In this document: piece after piece, positions 27,421 to 38,280 of the stretch
Layout: each line of letters opens with the position of its first letter
Numbering within the stretch: position 1 is the first letter of the stretch
Virus record (IMG/VR): IMGVR_UViG_2563366998_000006
Source: a virus
Taxonomy: Duplodnaviria; Heunggongvirae; Uroviricota; Caudoviricetes
DNA: 41,043 nt
Strand: one strand, 5' to 3'
Translations under genes and position numbers: made by a program
Notes under the pieces: generated by a model
What the model was told of the DNA's origin: nothing
Databases searched by the model: none
What the model saw: only the letters and a program-made list of their open reading frames with translations

Positions 27421-28900
27421 CACCATTCCGTCGAATACGCTGGTTCCGCTGTTTTATGCGGAAATGGATAACCAGGCTGCGAATACTGCACAGGACAGCG
27501 GAGCATCGCTGCTGATTGGTCATGCCAATAACGGTGCAGAGATTGTTGCCAACAGTCTGGTGCTGATGCCGTCGGCAGACTATGCATGCCAGATTTGTGG
27601 TGCGGGAAGTCAGCTGGCGCGTATGGTCGAGGCTTATCGCCAGACCGACCCGTTTGGTGAGCTGTATGTGATTGCCGTTCCTGAATCCACGGGCGCGGCG
27701 GCAACGGTTACGCTGACGGTGACTGGAGCAGCAACCGAAAGCGGCACGGTGAATGTTTATGTGGGACGTACCCGCGTGCAGGCACCGGTGACCAACGGCG
27801 ATAACGTCACGACGATTGCCAGCAGTATCCAGGATGCCATCAATGCCGTTCCGACCCTGCCGTTTACGGCCTCATCTTCGGCAGGCGTGGTCACGCTGAC
27901 CGCGCGTCATAAGGGGCTTTGCGGGAATGAAATTCCTGTCAGCCTCAATTACTACGGCTTTGGTGGTGGCGAAGTGCTGCCAGCGGGTGTACAGATTGCT
28001 GTGGCGACGGGTACCGCCGGAACGGGCGCTCCGGTTCTCACCGGCGCGGTGGCTGCAATGGCGGATGAGCCGTTTGATTATATCGGCCTGCCGTTCAACG
28101 ACACGGCCTCCGTTAACACGCTGGTGACCGAGATGAACGATACCAGCGGTCGCTGGAGCTATGCGCGTCAGCTGTATGGTCATGTGTATACGGCAAAGAT
28201 CGGCACGCTGTCAGAACTGGTGACCGCAGGTGACCAGTTTAACCAGCAGCACATTACCCTGGCGGGATACGAAAAAGACACCCAGACGCCTGCCGACGAG
28301 CTGGCGGCAAGCCGTACCGCCCGCGCAGCGGTGTTTATTCGCAACGATCCGGCACGTCCCACGCAGACCGGTGAGCTGGTGGGTATGCTGCCTGCGCCGA
28401 AGGGGAAACGGTTCACGATGACAGAACAACAGACCCTGCTGTCTCATGGCGTGGCAACGGCGTATGTCGAAAGCGGGGTGCTGCGCATTCAGCGTGATGT
28501 CACCACGTACAGGGAAAATGCTTACGGGGTTGCGGATAACAGCTACCTCGACAGCGAGACGCTGCATACCAGTGCGTATGTACTGCGCAAACTGAAATCC
28601 GTCATTACCAGTAAGTACGGGCGTCACAAGCTTGCCAGCGACGGTACCCGCTTTGGTCCCGGTCAGGCGATTGTCACCCCGGCGGTGATCAAAGGGGAAC
28701 TGCTGGCAACCTACCGTCAGCTCGAGCGTGCGGGCATCGTGGAAAACTACGAACTGTTTAAGCAGTACCTGGTTGTGGAGCGTGATGCCAGCGATCCAAA
28801 TCGCCTGAACACGCTGTTCCCGCCTGACTATGTTAACCAGCTGCGTGTCTTTGCCGTGGTTAACCAGTTCCGTCTTCAGTATTCAGAGGAGTCCGCATAA
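27404..28900 (+). CDS. Contractile tail sheath protein (Mu L-like)
   Basis: 498 aa; size and position before the tube gene. Confidence 0.85.
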   Translation: MTISFNTIPSNTLVPLFYAEMDNQAANTAQDSGASLLIGHANNGAEIVANSLVLMPSADYACQICGAGSQLARMVEAYRQTDPFGELYVIAVPESTGAAATVTLTVTGAATESGTVNVYVGRTRVQAPVTNGDNVTTIASSIQDAINAVPTLPFTASSSAGVVTLTARHKGLCGNEIPVSLNYYGFGGGEVLPAGVQIAVATGTAGTGAPVLTGAVAAMADEPFDYIGLPFNDTASVNTLVTEMNDTSGRWSYARQLYGHVYTAKIGTLSELVTAGDQFNQQHITLAGYEKDTQTPADELAASRTARAAVFIRNDPARPTQTGELVGMLPAPKGKRFTMTEQQTLLSHGVATAYVESGVLRIQRDVTTYRENAYGVADNSYLDSETLHTSAYVLRKLKSVITSKYGRHKLASDGTRFGPGQAIVTPAVIKGELLATYRQLERAGIVENYELFKQYLVVERDASDPNRLNTLFPPDYVNQLRVFAVVNQFRLQYSEESA

Positions 28901-29256
28901 TGGCCCGTATCGGGGGAACCTGTTATTTCAAGATTGACGGTCAGCAGCTATCGCTGACCGGCGGCATTGAGGTGCCCATGAACAAAACGGTTAATGATGA
29001 CATCATCGGTCTGGACGGTTCAGTGGACCGCAAGGAAACTCACCGTGCACCTTATGTCAAAGGGACCTTCAAGGTACCGAAGAATTTTCCGGTGAGCAAA
29101 ATCACCTCGTCTGATGAGATGACCATCACTGCCGAGCTGGCGAACGGTCAGGTCTATGTATTGTCGTCAGCCTGGCTGCACGGCGAAGCGAACCATAATG
29201 CCGAAGAAGGCACGGTCGATATTGAATTTCACGGTGAAGAAGGGGATTACCAGTGA
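28900..29256 (+). CDS. Tail tube protein (Mu M-like)
   Basis: 118 aa directly after the sheath with TAATG overlap. Confidence 0.8.
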   Translation: MARIGGTCYFKIDGQQLSLTGGIEVPMNKTVNDDIIGLDGSVDRKETHRAPYVKGTFKVPKNFPVSKITSSDEMTITAELANGQVYVLSSAWLHGEANHNAEEGTVDIEFHGEEGDYQ

Positions 29257-29576
29257 TTGAGCTTGTACTTAAAAAACCGATCATCGCCCACAAAGAAACA
29301 CTGCATGTGTTGGAAATACGTGAGCCTACGTATGACGAGATTGAGGCGCTGGGGTTCCCTTTCTCTGTTTCGCCTGATGGTGGTATGAAAATGGACAGTC
29401 AGGTGGCGCTGAAATATATCCCGCTTCTGGCCGGGATCCCGCGCTCGTCTGCAGCGCAGATGACGAAGCTGGATATTTTCAAGGCAGGCATGATTGTAAT
29501 GCGTTTTTTTACCGGCTTGGAGACGGAAGAGACCTCAGGAAGCGATTCTACAATGTCGCGTGGTTCTGGAAATTAA
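29253..29576 (+). CDS. Tail assembly chaperone
   Basis: 107 aa between tube and tape measure. Confidence 0.6.
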   Translation: MIELVLKKPIIAHKETLHVLEIREPTYDEIEALGFPFSVSPDGGMKMDSQVALKYIPLLAGIPRSSAAQMTKLDIFKAGMIVMRFFTGLETEETSGSDSTMSRGSGN

Positions 29577-29660
29577 ACCCACTTGAACTTCGCCGGACGG
29601 CTATTTCCCACTTTGCTGATCTGGAGGCAGAGGCCGTCCGTATAAATGAGGAGATGAAGC

Positions 29661-31568
29661 ATGGCTGATAATTTTCAGCTGAAAGCCATCATCACCGCCG
29701 TTGACAGGCTATCCGGCCCGCTTAAAGGTATGCAGCGTCAGCTTAAGGGATTTCAGAAAGAAGTCTCCAGCCTTGCTCTGGGTGCTGCCGGGGCGGGTAC
29801 TGCAATAATGGGGGCACTGGCACTCCCTGTAAAATCAGCCATCACCCTTGAATCGAAGATGGCTGATGTCCGCAAAGTGGTGGACGGTCTGGATACGCCG
29901 GATGCATTTAAGGCCATGACGGAGCAGGTACGCGCTTTGTCTACAGAGCTTCCCATGTCTGCAGACGGGATCGCGGAAATTGTGGCGGCTGGCGGTCAGG
30001 CCGGGATTGCACGTGATGAACTGATGCAGTTTGCCACTGATGCGGTGAAGATGGGCGTGGCCTTTGATACAACGGCTGAAGAGTCCGGGCAGATGATGGC
30101 CCAGTGGCGTACTGCGTTTAATATGACGCAGGATGAAGTGGCCGGGCTGGCTGACAAAATCAACTACCTTGGTAATACCGGCCCGGCGAATGCGAAGAAA
30201 ATCTCCGATATTGTTACGCGTATTGGTCCTTTAGGTGGTGTTGCAGGTGTGGCTTCCGGCGAAATTGCGGCAATGGGGGCAACCATTGCCGGGATGGGCG
30301 TGGAGTCAGAAATTGCCGCCACAGGGATCAAGAACTTCATGCTTTCCCTGACCGCGGGAAATTCTGCGACAAAATCGCAGAAACAGGCATTGCGTTTTCT
30401 GCGGATCAATCCGAAGAAATTAGCTGCTGATATGCAGAAAGATGCCCGGGGCACCATGCTGTCTGTACTGGATGCGATGGCTAAAGTGCCTAAAGAAAAA
30501 CGGGCCGCTGTGCTGAATGCCCTGTTCGGGAAAGAGTCTCTGGGCGCGATAGCACCTCTGCTGACTAACCTTGATTTGTTGCGTACCAACTTCAGGCGGG
30601 TTGCGGATTCCCAGCAGTATGGCAGTTCGATGCAGAAGGAATATGCTTCGAGGGCAGCGACGACGGAAAACCAGCTTTTACTTCTGCAAAATCAACTTGA
30701 TGCCATTTCTTCCACGCTGGGGGAAACGTTTCTTCCTGAGGTTAATGATGGTCTTGAAGCGGTAAAACCGCTCCTTGAGGAAGTGAGAACGTTTGTCCGT
30801 GAAAACCCGGAGCTCGTTAAGACCATTGCTAAAATCGGTCTGGCCTTACTGACGGTGGGAGCCGCTGCAGGCTCTTTGTCCAGAATTATGAAAGTTCTCG
30901 GCGGTGTGATGAATATGACGCCAGCTAAGGGGCTGATTGCTCTTCTGGTTGGTGGCGCTTACCTCATTATTGATAACTGGGAAACCGTAGGCCCCGTCAT
31001 AAAAAAAGTCTGGCACGTGGTGGATGAAACGGCGCAGGCGATGGGGGGATGGGAAACTGTTCTGAAAGCGATTGCCCTGTTTATGGCAACCAAATGGGTT
31101 GCTGACGTTACCAAATCCATTACCGCAGTGACCAGAGAGATGCGTACGCTGGGGAAGGTATCGGCAGAAACGGGATTGATGGGGAAAGGCCGCGGCTTTA
31201 TCGGGAAGGCCGGGGGATATGGTTTTCTGGGAACCCTGATGTATGAGCCGGTTAAAGATACTCTGGAAAGTGTTGTTCCTGAAGATACGGTTAACTGGCT
31301 GGATAATAAAGGGCTGTTTCTGGCTTCAGACTGGACGCCTTTTTTTGATCGTAAAGAGTACGAGCAGTATCAGGCCAGCCTGAGCCAGTACAAACCCAAT
31401 GTTCCGCTGTTGAATCCATCTTCTTCCATGACACAGCACAGCGAACTGAAAGTCACGTTCGAGAATGCTCCGCCAGGTATGAAGATAATTGATGTACCGG
31501 GCAAAGCCGATCCCCTGATGAAAATCACGCACGATGTGGGGTATTCCCCTTTTCGTTTTCCACGATAA
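29661..31568 (+). CDS. Tail tape measure protein
   Basis: 635 aa, Ala/Gly-rich helical protein with hydrophobic central segments. Confidence 0.85.
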   Translation: MADNFQLKAIITAVDRLSGPLKGMQRQLKGFQKEVSSLALGAAGAGTAIMGALALPVKSAITLESKMADVRKVVDGLDTPDAFKAMTEQVRALSTELPMSADGIAEIVAAGGQAGIARDELMQFATDAVKMGVAFDTTAEESGQMMAQWRTAFNMTQDEVAGLADKINYLGNTGPANAKKISDIVTRIGPLGGVAGVASGEIAAMGATIAGMGVESEIAATGIKNFMLSLTAGNSATKSQKQALRFLRINPKKLAADMQKDARGTMLSVLDAMAKVPKEKRAAVLNALFGKESLGAIAPLLTNLDLLRTNFRRVADSQQYGSSMQKEYASRAATTENQLLLLQNQLDAISSTLGETFLPEVNDGLEAVKPLLEEVRTFVRENPELVKTIAKIGLALLTVGAAAGSLSRIMKVLGGVMNMTPAKGLIALLVGGAYLIIDNWETVGPVIKKVWHVVDETAQAMGGWETVLKAIALFMATKWVADVTKSITAVTREMRTLGKVSAETGLMGKGRGFIGKAGGYGFLGTLMYEPVKDTLESVVPEDTVNWLDNKGLFLASDWTPFFDRKEYEQYQASLSQYKPNVPLLNPSSSMTQHSELKVTFENAPPGMKIIDVPGKADPLMKITHDVGYSPFRFPR

Positions 31569-31592
31569 TGCAGTCCTTTTTGAGGTCAGTCT

Positions 31593-32969
31593 ATGGATTT
31601 ATCCTCATTTCCCACCCGACCTTCATTACTTTCGTCGTCTTCAGGCTGGCGTGACAGACTTCAGGACGCGTCATTTCGCGGCGTGCCGTTTAAGGTTGAA
31701 GAAGAAAGTGCGGGAACCGGTCGCCGTGTGGAAACACATGAATACCCGAACCGCGACAAACCCTATACCGAAGACCTGGGGAAAATCACTTTTCGCCCGT
31801 CCATCACGGCTTATGTGGTGGGAGATGACTGCTTTGACCAGCGCGATCGCCTGATTGACGCGCTGAATAAACCCGGTCCCGGCACGCTTGTCCATCCGAC
31901 ATACGGTGAGCTGAAAGTCTGTGTTGACGGGGAGGTTCGGGTCAGCACATCGAAGAGTGAAGGGCGTATTGTCCGCTTTGACCTGAAGTTTGTCGAAGCG
32001 GGAGAACTCTCTTACCCCACATCAGGTGCGGCGACGGCGCAGACGCTGATGTCATCCTGTTCTGCACTGGATGACTGCATCAGTGACAGTTTCAGTGGTT
32101 TCAGTATCGATGGCGTGGCAGATTTTGTGCAGAACGACGTCGTCGGTAATGCCAGCACAATGCTTGGGTATGTTTCTGATGCGATGAAAGTGGTGGATTC
32201 TGCCGTATCGGATGCCGCCAGGCTGTTGCAGGGGGATATCTCGGTACTTCTGCCGCCGCCATCGTCAGGCAAAAATTTCGTTGAGCAGGTGCAGAAAATG
32301 TGGCGTACCGGGAAACGCCTTTATGGTAACGCCAGCGACCTGGTCACCATGATCAAAACGCTTTCCGGTGTCAGCCTCGGCAGCGATCTGCAACCGCGCG
32401 GCGTCTGGAAAACGGACAGTAAAACTACCGCTACGGCGACGCAGCAGCGTAACGTGGTTGCCAGCACCCTTCGTACGACCGCAATCAGCGAAGCGGCGTA
32501 TGCCGTCACACGATTGCCTGCGCCAACAACTTCCGCGGTGATGCAGAATGCCGCAATGGGGCAGGCAACAACACCTGCGCAGAGCACTGGCTGGCCTTCC
32601 GTCACGCATCCGGCACTGAACAATGCACCGGCGGTGAAAAGCACGGTTGACCTGCCGACGTGGGAAGAACTGACTGACATTCGCGACACACTGAATACGA
32701 CAATTGATAAGGAGTTGTCCCGTACAACCAGTGATGCGCTGTTTCTGGCGCTGCGCCGGGTGAAAGCAGATCTGAATGCGGATATCAACATGCGCCTTGA
32801 ACAGTCTGCGCGGATCATTCAGCGCACACCGGATGAGGTTTTACCCGCGCTGGTGCTGGCGGCGACCTGGTTTGATAACGCGGCGCGTGACGCGGACATT
32901 ATCCGGCGTAATGCCATTACGCATCCCGGCTTTGTGCCGGTGATCCCTCTGAAGGTGCCAGTGCAATGA
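31593..32969 (+). CDS. DNA circularisation protein (Mu N-like)
   Basis: 458 aa; WRDRLQDASFRGVPF motif near the N-terminus resembles Mu N. Confidence 0.75.
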   Translation: MDLSSFPTRPSLLSSSSGWRDRLQDASFRGVPFKVEEESAGTGRRVETHEYPNRDKPYTEDLGKITFRPSITAYVVGDDCFDQRDRLIDALNKPGPGTLVHPTYGELKVCVDGEVRVSTSKSEGRIVRFDLKFVEAGELSYPTSGAATAQTLMSSCSALDDCISDSFSGFSIDGVADFVQNDVVGNASTMLGYVSDAMKVVDSAVSDAARLLQGDISVLLPPPSSGKNFVEQVQKMWRTGKRLYGNASDLVTMIKTLSGVSLGSDLQPRGVWKTDSKTTATATQQRNVVASTLRTTAISEAAYAVTRLPAPTTSAVMQNAAMGQATTPAQSTGWPSVTHPALNNAPAVKSTVDLPTWEELTDIRDTLNTTIDKELSRTTSDALFLALRRVKADLNADINMRLEQSARIIQRTPDEVLPALVLAATWFDNAARDADIIRRNAITHPGFVPVIPLKVPVQ

Positions 32970-34045
32970 ACGACAATGTCACGCTACGGATAAATGGCCG
33001 GGAGTGGAATGGCTGGACATCGGTGCGCATCGGTGCCGGTATTGAACGGCTGGCGCGGGATTTCAGTGTGGAGATCACCCGCCAGTGGCCGGGTGATGAG
33101 GGTATCACCACGCTTCAGCCGCGCATTAAAAACGGTTCAAAAGTGGAGGTGCTGATTGGTGATGAGCTGGTGATCACCGGCTGGGTGGAGGCGACGCCCG
33201 TTCGTTACGATGCCCGTTCGGTCAGCACCGGTATTGCCGGACGTAGTCTGACGGCTGACCTGATTGACTGTGCAGCCGAACCGACACAGTTTAACGGACG
33301 CTCGCTGGTGCAGATTGCGCAGGCGCTTGCTGCGCCTTTCGGCATTGAGGTGGTGAACAGCGGTGCGCCGTCGGGTGTTATTCCTGATGTTCAGCCTGAT
33401 CACGGTGAAACGGTGATTGAGGTAATCAACAAAATACTCGGTCAGCAGCAGGCGCTGGCTTATGACGACCCGCACGGCAGGCTGGTGATTGGTGGTATTG
33501 GCTCAACGCGGGCACATACCGCGCTGGTACTCGGGGAAAACATCCTTTCCTGCGATACGGAGAAGAGTATCCGGGAGCGGTTTTCTGTTTACCAGGTGGC
33601 GGGGCAGCGTGCCGGAAACGACGATGATTTCGGTGAGGCCACCACCACCGCGCTGCGGGCCCGCACAGAGGACGCATTTATTGCCCGTTACCGTCCGATG
33701 TATATCAGGCAGACAGGACAGGCTACGGGGGCTGGCTGTATTGCCCGTGCGGACTTTGAAGCCCGACAACGGGCGGCGCGGACGGATGAAACCACCTATG
33801 TGGTGCAGGGCTGGCGACAGGGTAACGGTACGCTGTGGCAGCCCAACCAGCGGGTGATTGTCTTTGATCCGGTCTGTGGTTTCGACAACACCGAACTGCT
33901 TGTTTCGGAAGTCACGTTTACTCAGGACCAGAACGGCACCCTGACGGAAATCCGTGTCGGCCCACCAGATGCTTATCTGCCTGAACCCGAAGCCCCCGGC
34001 GCGCGGAAAAAGAAAAAAGCCAGAGTACAGGAGGACCCGTTCTGA
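32966..34045 (+). CDS. Baseplate hub protein (Mu P / P2 D-like)
   Basis: 359 aa following the N-like gene. Confidence 0.75.
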   Translation: MNDNVTLRINGREWNGWTSVRIGAGIERLARDFSVEITRQWPGDEGITTLQPRIKNGSKVEVLIGDELVITGWVEATPVRYDARSVSTGIAGRSLTADLIDCAAEPTQFNGRSLVQIAQALAAPFGIEVVNSGAPSGVIPDVQPDHGETVIEVINKILGQQQALAYDDPHGRLVIGGIGSTRAHTALVLGENILSCDTEKSIRERFSVYQVAGQRAGNDDDFGEATTTALRARTEDAFIARYRPMYIRQTGQATGAGCIARADFEARQRAARTDETTYVVQGWRQGNGTLWQPNQRVIVFDPVCGFDNTELLVSEVTFTQDQNGTLTEIRVGPPDAYLPEPEAPGARKKKKARVQEDPF

Positions 34046-34593
34046 TGAGGACGATTGAAGCCATGCAGCGACAACTCCTCGGCCTGATTGGGCGGGCCGT
34101 GGTGAAAAGCATCAGTGCCGCCACGAAATGTCAGACCGTGGATGTGTCCCTGATTGCCGGTGAACCCAAAGCCGGGGTTGAACATCTTGAACCCTACGGT
34201 TTTACTGCAAGGGCAAACAGTGGTGCGGAAGCGGTGGTGTTGTTTCCGGATGGCGACCGTTCTCATGCGGTGGTTGTTACGGTGTCGGACCGTCGCTACC
34301 GCCTGAAAGGGCTGCAGACGGGGGAGGTGGCTGTCTATGACGATCAGGGGCAGTCCGTGACGCTGACCCGGGAGGGGATTGTGGTGGACGGTGCAGGTAA
34401 AACGATCACGTTTCGCAATGCACCTGAAGCACGTTTTGAAATGGACCTGGAAGTGACAGGACAGGTGAAAGACCTGTGCGACTCCGGCGGCACCACCATG
34501 TCAGCGATGCGGCTTGCCTATAACGGGCATCGTCACAGAGAGAACGGTCAGGGCAGTAACACCGACAAACCTGATAAATCGATGGAGGCATGA
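34045..34593 (+). CDS. Baseplate spike/assembly protein V (Mu gp45-like)
   Basis: 182 aa in conserved baseplate order. Confidence 0.7.
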   Translation: MRTIEAMQRQLLGLIGRAVVKSISAATKCQTVDVSLIAGEPKAGVEHLEPYGFTARANSGAEAVVLFPDGDRSHAVVVTVSDRRYRLKGLQTGEVAVYDDQGQSVTLTREGIVVDGAGKTITFRNAPEARFEMDLEVTGQVKDLCDSGGTTMSAMRLAYNGHRHRENGQGSNTDKPDKSMEA

Positions 34594-35018
34594 TGGAACT
34601 GTGGCTGACGGTGAACGGTAAACGCACCTGCGCCAGCGCACCGCTGGATCCGCTGACCCGCGCCGTGGTGATTTCCCTGTTTACCTGGCGGCGGGCGGAG
34701 CCTGATGACAATGCCGACGTCCCGATGGGATGGTGGGGGGATACCTGGCCTGAGGTACAGAATGACCGTTACGGCTCCCGACTGTGGCTGCTTCAGCGCA
34801 GCAAACTGACCAATCAACTGGTGCAGACGGTAAGGGGGTATATCCGCGAATGCCTGCAATGGATGATTGATGACGGCGTGGTGTCCCGTATTGATCTGGA
34901 TATCCGCCGCACCGGGATTAATGAACTGGGTAACAGTATCACTCTCTGGCGTCGTGACGGACCGGTAATGATTTCTTTTGATGATCTGTGGAGTGCGATA
35001 ACGCATGGCGGACAGTGA
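34590..35018 (+). CDS. Baseplate protein (Mu gp46-like)
   Basis: 142 aa in conserved baseplate order. Confidence 0.7.
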   Translation: MMELWLTVNGKRTCASAPLDPLTRAVVISLFTWRRAEPDDNADVPMGWWGDTWPEVQNDRYGSRLWLLQRSKLTNQLVQTVRGYIRECLQWMIDDGVVSRIDLDIRRTGINELGNSITLWRRDGPVMISFDDLWSAITHGGQ

Positions 35019-36063
35019 ATTTCAGCGCCCGACGCTGGCAGAAAATATCAGTATGCTCCGTAACGATTTATTCGCCAGGCTGGACGTCAGCGACACGCTC
35101 CGGCGCATGGATGAAGACGTGCGGGCAAAGGTGTATGCGGCGGCGCTGCATACGGTTTACGGGTACATCGATTATCTGGCAATGAACATGCTGCCTGACC
35201 TGTGCGATGAGTCCTGGCTGGCGCAACATGCTGCGATGAAACGGTGTCCGCGCAAGGGGGCCACGGCTGCCAGCGGGTATATGCGCTGGGAAGGTGTCAG
35301 CGATGGCCTGAAGGTGACCGCCGGAAGTGTTATTCAGCGCGATGACCTGGTTCAGTACACGGCAACTGCCGATGCAACCAGCACCGGTGGTGTCCTGCGC
35401 GTGCCGATCGCCTGCTCAAGTGCAGGCGCGGTCGGTAACGCTGACGACGGTACGTCATTAATCCTGGTCACGCCGGTTAATGGTCTGCCGTCTTCCGGCG
35501 AGGCAGATACCCTGACAGGTGGATTTGATACTGAAGAGCTGGAAACGTGGCGCGCCCGCGTCATTGAGCGGTATTACTGGACGCCTCAGGGCGGGGCTGA
35601 CGGGGACTATGTCGTCTGGGCTAAAGAAGTGCCCGGCATTACCCGCGCATGGACATACCGACACTGGATGGGAACGGGGACTGTCGGTGTGATGATTGCC
35701 AGCAGTGACCTGATTAACCCCATTCCGGAAGAATCAACGGAAACGGCGGCAAGACAACATATCGAGCCACTGGCCCCGGTGGCAGGCTCTGATTTGTATG
35801 TATTCAGGCCGGTGGCGCACAAAGTGGATTTTCATATCCGCGTGACGCCGGACACACCGGAAATACGGGCTGCCATCACCGCGGAGTTGCGTTCATTCCT
35901 GCTGCGTGATGGTTATCCGCAGGGAGAGCTTAAGGTATCGCGTATCAGTGAAGCGATTTCCGGTGCGAACGGGGAATACAGCCATCAGTTGCTTGCTCCG
36001 GCGGACAATATCTCCATTGCAAAAAATGAACTGGCGGTTCTGGGGACGATTTCATGGACGTGA
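35005..36063 (+). CDS. Baseplate J-like protein (Mu gp47-like)
   Basis: 352 aa in conserved baseplate order. Confidence 0.8.
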   Translation: MADSEFQRPTLAENISMLRNDLFARLDVSDTLRRMDEDVRAKVYAAALHTVYGYIDYLAMNMLPDLCDESWLAQHAAMKRCPRKGATAASGYMRWEGVSDGLKVTAGSVIQRDDLVQYTATADATSTGGVLRVPIACSSAGAVGNADDGTSLILVTPVNGLPSSGEADTLTGGFDTEELETWRARVIERYYWTPQGGADGDYVVWAKEVPGITRAWTYRHWMGTGTVGVMIASSDLINPIPEESTETAARQHIEPLAPVAGSDLYVFRPVAHKVDFHIRVTPDTPEIRAAITAELRSFLLRDGYPQGELKVSRISEAISGANGEYSHQLLAPADNISIAKNELAVLGTISWT

Positions 36064-36638
36064 CAAACGATGATTACATCCGTCTGTTGTCGGCACTGTT
36101 GCCCCCTGGTCCGGCGTGGTCAGCCAGCGATCCGGCGATTGCCGGTGCGGCACAGTCATTAACCCGTGCTCATCAGCGTGCGGATGCCCTGATGCGGGAG
36201 CTGGATCCGCGCACCACCACCGAACTGATAAACCGCTGGGAGCGTCTGTGCGGCCTGCCGGATGAATGTATTCCGGCAGGGACGCAGACCCTTCGCCAGC
36301 GTCAGCAACGGCTGGATGCGAAGGTTAACCTGGCGGGTGGCATCAATGAGGATTTTTACCTTGCGCAGCTTGCTGCCCTGGGCAGACCAGATGCCACCAT
36401 CACGCGATACGACAAAAGCACGTTCACCTGCTCATCGGCCTGTACTGACGCGGTGAATGCGCCGGAATGGCGGTATTACTGGCAGGTCAATATGCCAGCT
36501 GCCACCAACACCACCTGGATGACATGTGGCGATCCCTGTGATTCCGCACTGCGTATCTGGGGGGACACCGTTGTCGAGTGCGTGCTTAACAAACTCTGCC
36601 CGTCGCATACCTACGTAATTTTTAAATATCCGGAGTAA
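36054..36638 (+). CDS. Tail protein (Mu gp48 / YmfQ-like)
   Basis: 194 aa before the tail fibre gene. Confidence 0.7.
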   Translation: MDVTNDDYIRLLSALLPPGPAWSASDPAIAGAAQSLTRAHQRADALMRELDPRTTTELINRWERLCGLPDECIPAGTQTLRQRQQRLDAKVNLAGGINEDFYLAQLAALGRPDATITRYDKSTFTCSSACTDAVNAPEWRYYWQVNMPAATNTTWMTCGDPCDSALRIWGDTVVECVLNKLCPSHTYVIFKYPE

Positions 36639-36641
36639 TTC

Positions 36642-37574
36642 ATGCATCGTATAGACACGAAAACCGCGCAGAAGGATAAGTTCGGCGCGGGTAAGAACGG
36701 TTTTACCCGTGGTAACCCCCAGACCGGCACGCCTGCCACCGATCTGGATGATGACTACTTTGACATGTTGCAGGAGGAGCTTTGCAGCGTGGTGGAGGCA
36801 TCCGGTGCCAGCCTGGAGAAGGGGCGGCATGACCAGTTGCTTACAGCGCTTCGTGAGCTGCTGTTAAGCCGCAAGAATCCGTTTGGCGATATCAAATCGG
36901 ATGGCACGGTGAAAACGGCTCTCGAAAACCTTGGTTTGGGAGATGGCTCGGGGCGTTACAGCAAAACTGTCGTTTTTTCATCGTCGGGTTCATATACGTG
37001 GCCAGCTGACGTAAAACGAATTGACGTTATTCTGACTGCGGCGGGCGGCGGTGGCGGTGGATGTAACGCGGAGAACGCAAATCAGACATTTTCAGGGGCT
37101 GGCGGAGGAGCCGGAGGTACTGTTTTTGCCACTATTTATGCGACAGACAACGATGCCGGGCCAGGGACCTATACAGTGACAATTGGTAGCGGTGGTAGTG
37201 GTGCCAATGGGCCAGGGTCTGGAAATAATGGCGGTCATAGTTCGTTCATGACATTAACTGCGCTCGGCGGCCAGGGTGGGCAATGGGGCGGCGCTACAAA
37301 TACCGCTGGCGGGCTCGGTGGTTCAGGCTCTGGCGGTTATAAAACTGAACAAGGCGGAGACGGTTCAGACGGACAGGCGGGCCAGGCGCTATTAGTAGGC
37401 AATGGGGCATCGAGCTATTGGGGTGGCGGCGGCCGCGCTGGGCAACTGAGCGGTAATTCTGGAGTTTGCTCTGGCTCCGGCGGCGGGGGTGCATACGATA
37501 ATAGCTATTCACACACGTCAGGACGTGGCGGGCACGGAGCTAATGGCGTGCTGGTAATTCGGGAGTACATGTAA
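36642..37574 (+). CDS. Tail fibre protein with Gly-rich C-terminal region
   Basis: 310 aa; conserved N-terminal fibre-attachment region then Gly-rich repeats. Confidence 0.8.
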   Translation: MHRIDTKTAQKDKFGAGKNGFTRGNPQTGTPATDLDDDYFDMLQEELCSVVEASGASLEKGRHDQLLTALRELLLSRKNPFGDIKSDGTVKTALENLGLGDGSGRYSKTVVFSSSGSYTWPADVKRIDVILTAAGGGGGGCNAENANQTFSGAGGGAGGTVFATIYATDNDAGPGTYTVTIGSGGSGANGPGSGNNGGHSSFMTLTALGGQGGQWGGATNTAGGLGGSGSGGYKTEQGGDGSDGQAGQALLVGNGASSYWGGGGRAGQLSGNSGVCSGSGGGGAYDNSYSHTSGRGGHGANGVLVIREYM

Positions 37575-37979
37575 ATGAATGATGTTTATGCAGTTGTTGA
37601 TAATAACGTTGTTATTAATGTCATTATCTGGGACGGAATTTCTGAATGGAAACCAGAGGCTGGTAATTTAGTTCCGTTAAACGGCGATGCTGGCATCGGT
37701 TGGTCATATTCAGACGGAGTATTTACCGCGCCACCTCCCCCAGAACGCTCTCACAACGCGTTAGTTGCGGAGGCTGAGCTGCAGAAATCAGCACTACTGA
37801 CCGTAGCAAATAACGCAATAGCACCGCTGCAGGATGCCGTTGATTTGGAAATGGCGACAGACGATGAACAGACGTTACTGCTGGCGTGGAAAAAATACAG
37901 GGTACTGCTGAACCGTGTTGATACCTCAGCGGCACCCGAAATAGAGTGGCCTACGCAACCGGGGGAGCGGGCCAGTTGA
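37575..37979 (+). CDS. Tail fibre assembly protein (Tfa)
   Basis: 134 aa; C-terminus ...[15 protein letters not shown] is Tfa-like; directly downstream of the fibre gene. Confidence 0.8.
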   Translation: MNDVYAVVDNNVVINVIIWDGISEWKPEAGNLVPLNGDAGIGWSYSDGVFTAPPPPERSHNALVAEAELQKSALLTVANNAIAPLQDAVDLEMATDDEQTLLLAWKKYRVLLNRVDTSAAPEIEWPTQPGERAS

Positions 37980-38100
37980 TATCAGGCGCAGGGGCAGCAT
38001 CAACTGCTGTCACTGCGTCGATGTAGTCGAGTACCGCATTCAGCCGCCTTTTTTCATCATCAGTCAGTTTGCGGCCTACACCTCTCCGTTGACATCTTTG
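37951..38100 (-). pseudogene. Inverted remnant of an alternative Tfa C-terminus
   Basis: Minus-strand frame encodes ...[36 protein letters not shown], a Tfa-type C-terminus convergent with the intact tfa; closed by an upstream stop after about 50 codons. Confidence 0.4.
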
Positions 38101-38280
38101 TTATATGGTACAACTGCGCAGAGGCCTGTCTCTCCAATTGTGCCAGTTGAATACTACGATACAACGCTAGGTCTTCCAATATGGTATAACGGCACAGCTT
38201 CATCATGGCAGCGAGCTGATGGAACAAATACTTGATTAATTTATGGCGCATCAATATAAAGTATCGATGCGCCATAATAA

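Noticed and set aside
29577-29660. Programmed frameshift extension of the tail assembly chaperone
   Set aside because: The gap is short and I could not identify a slippery heptamer with an open alternative frame; left unannotated
32321-32818. 165-aa minus-strand ORF
   Set aside because: Antisense within the Mu N-like gene
37020-37520. Repetitive GGC/GGT-rich DNA
   Set aside because: It is the Gly-rich coding region of the tail fibre protein, not a non-coding repeat
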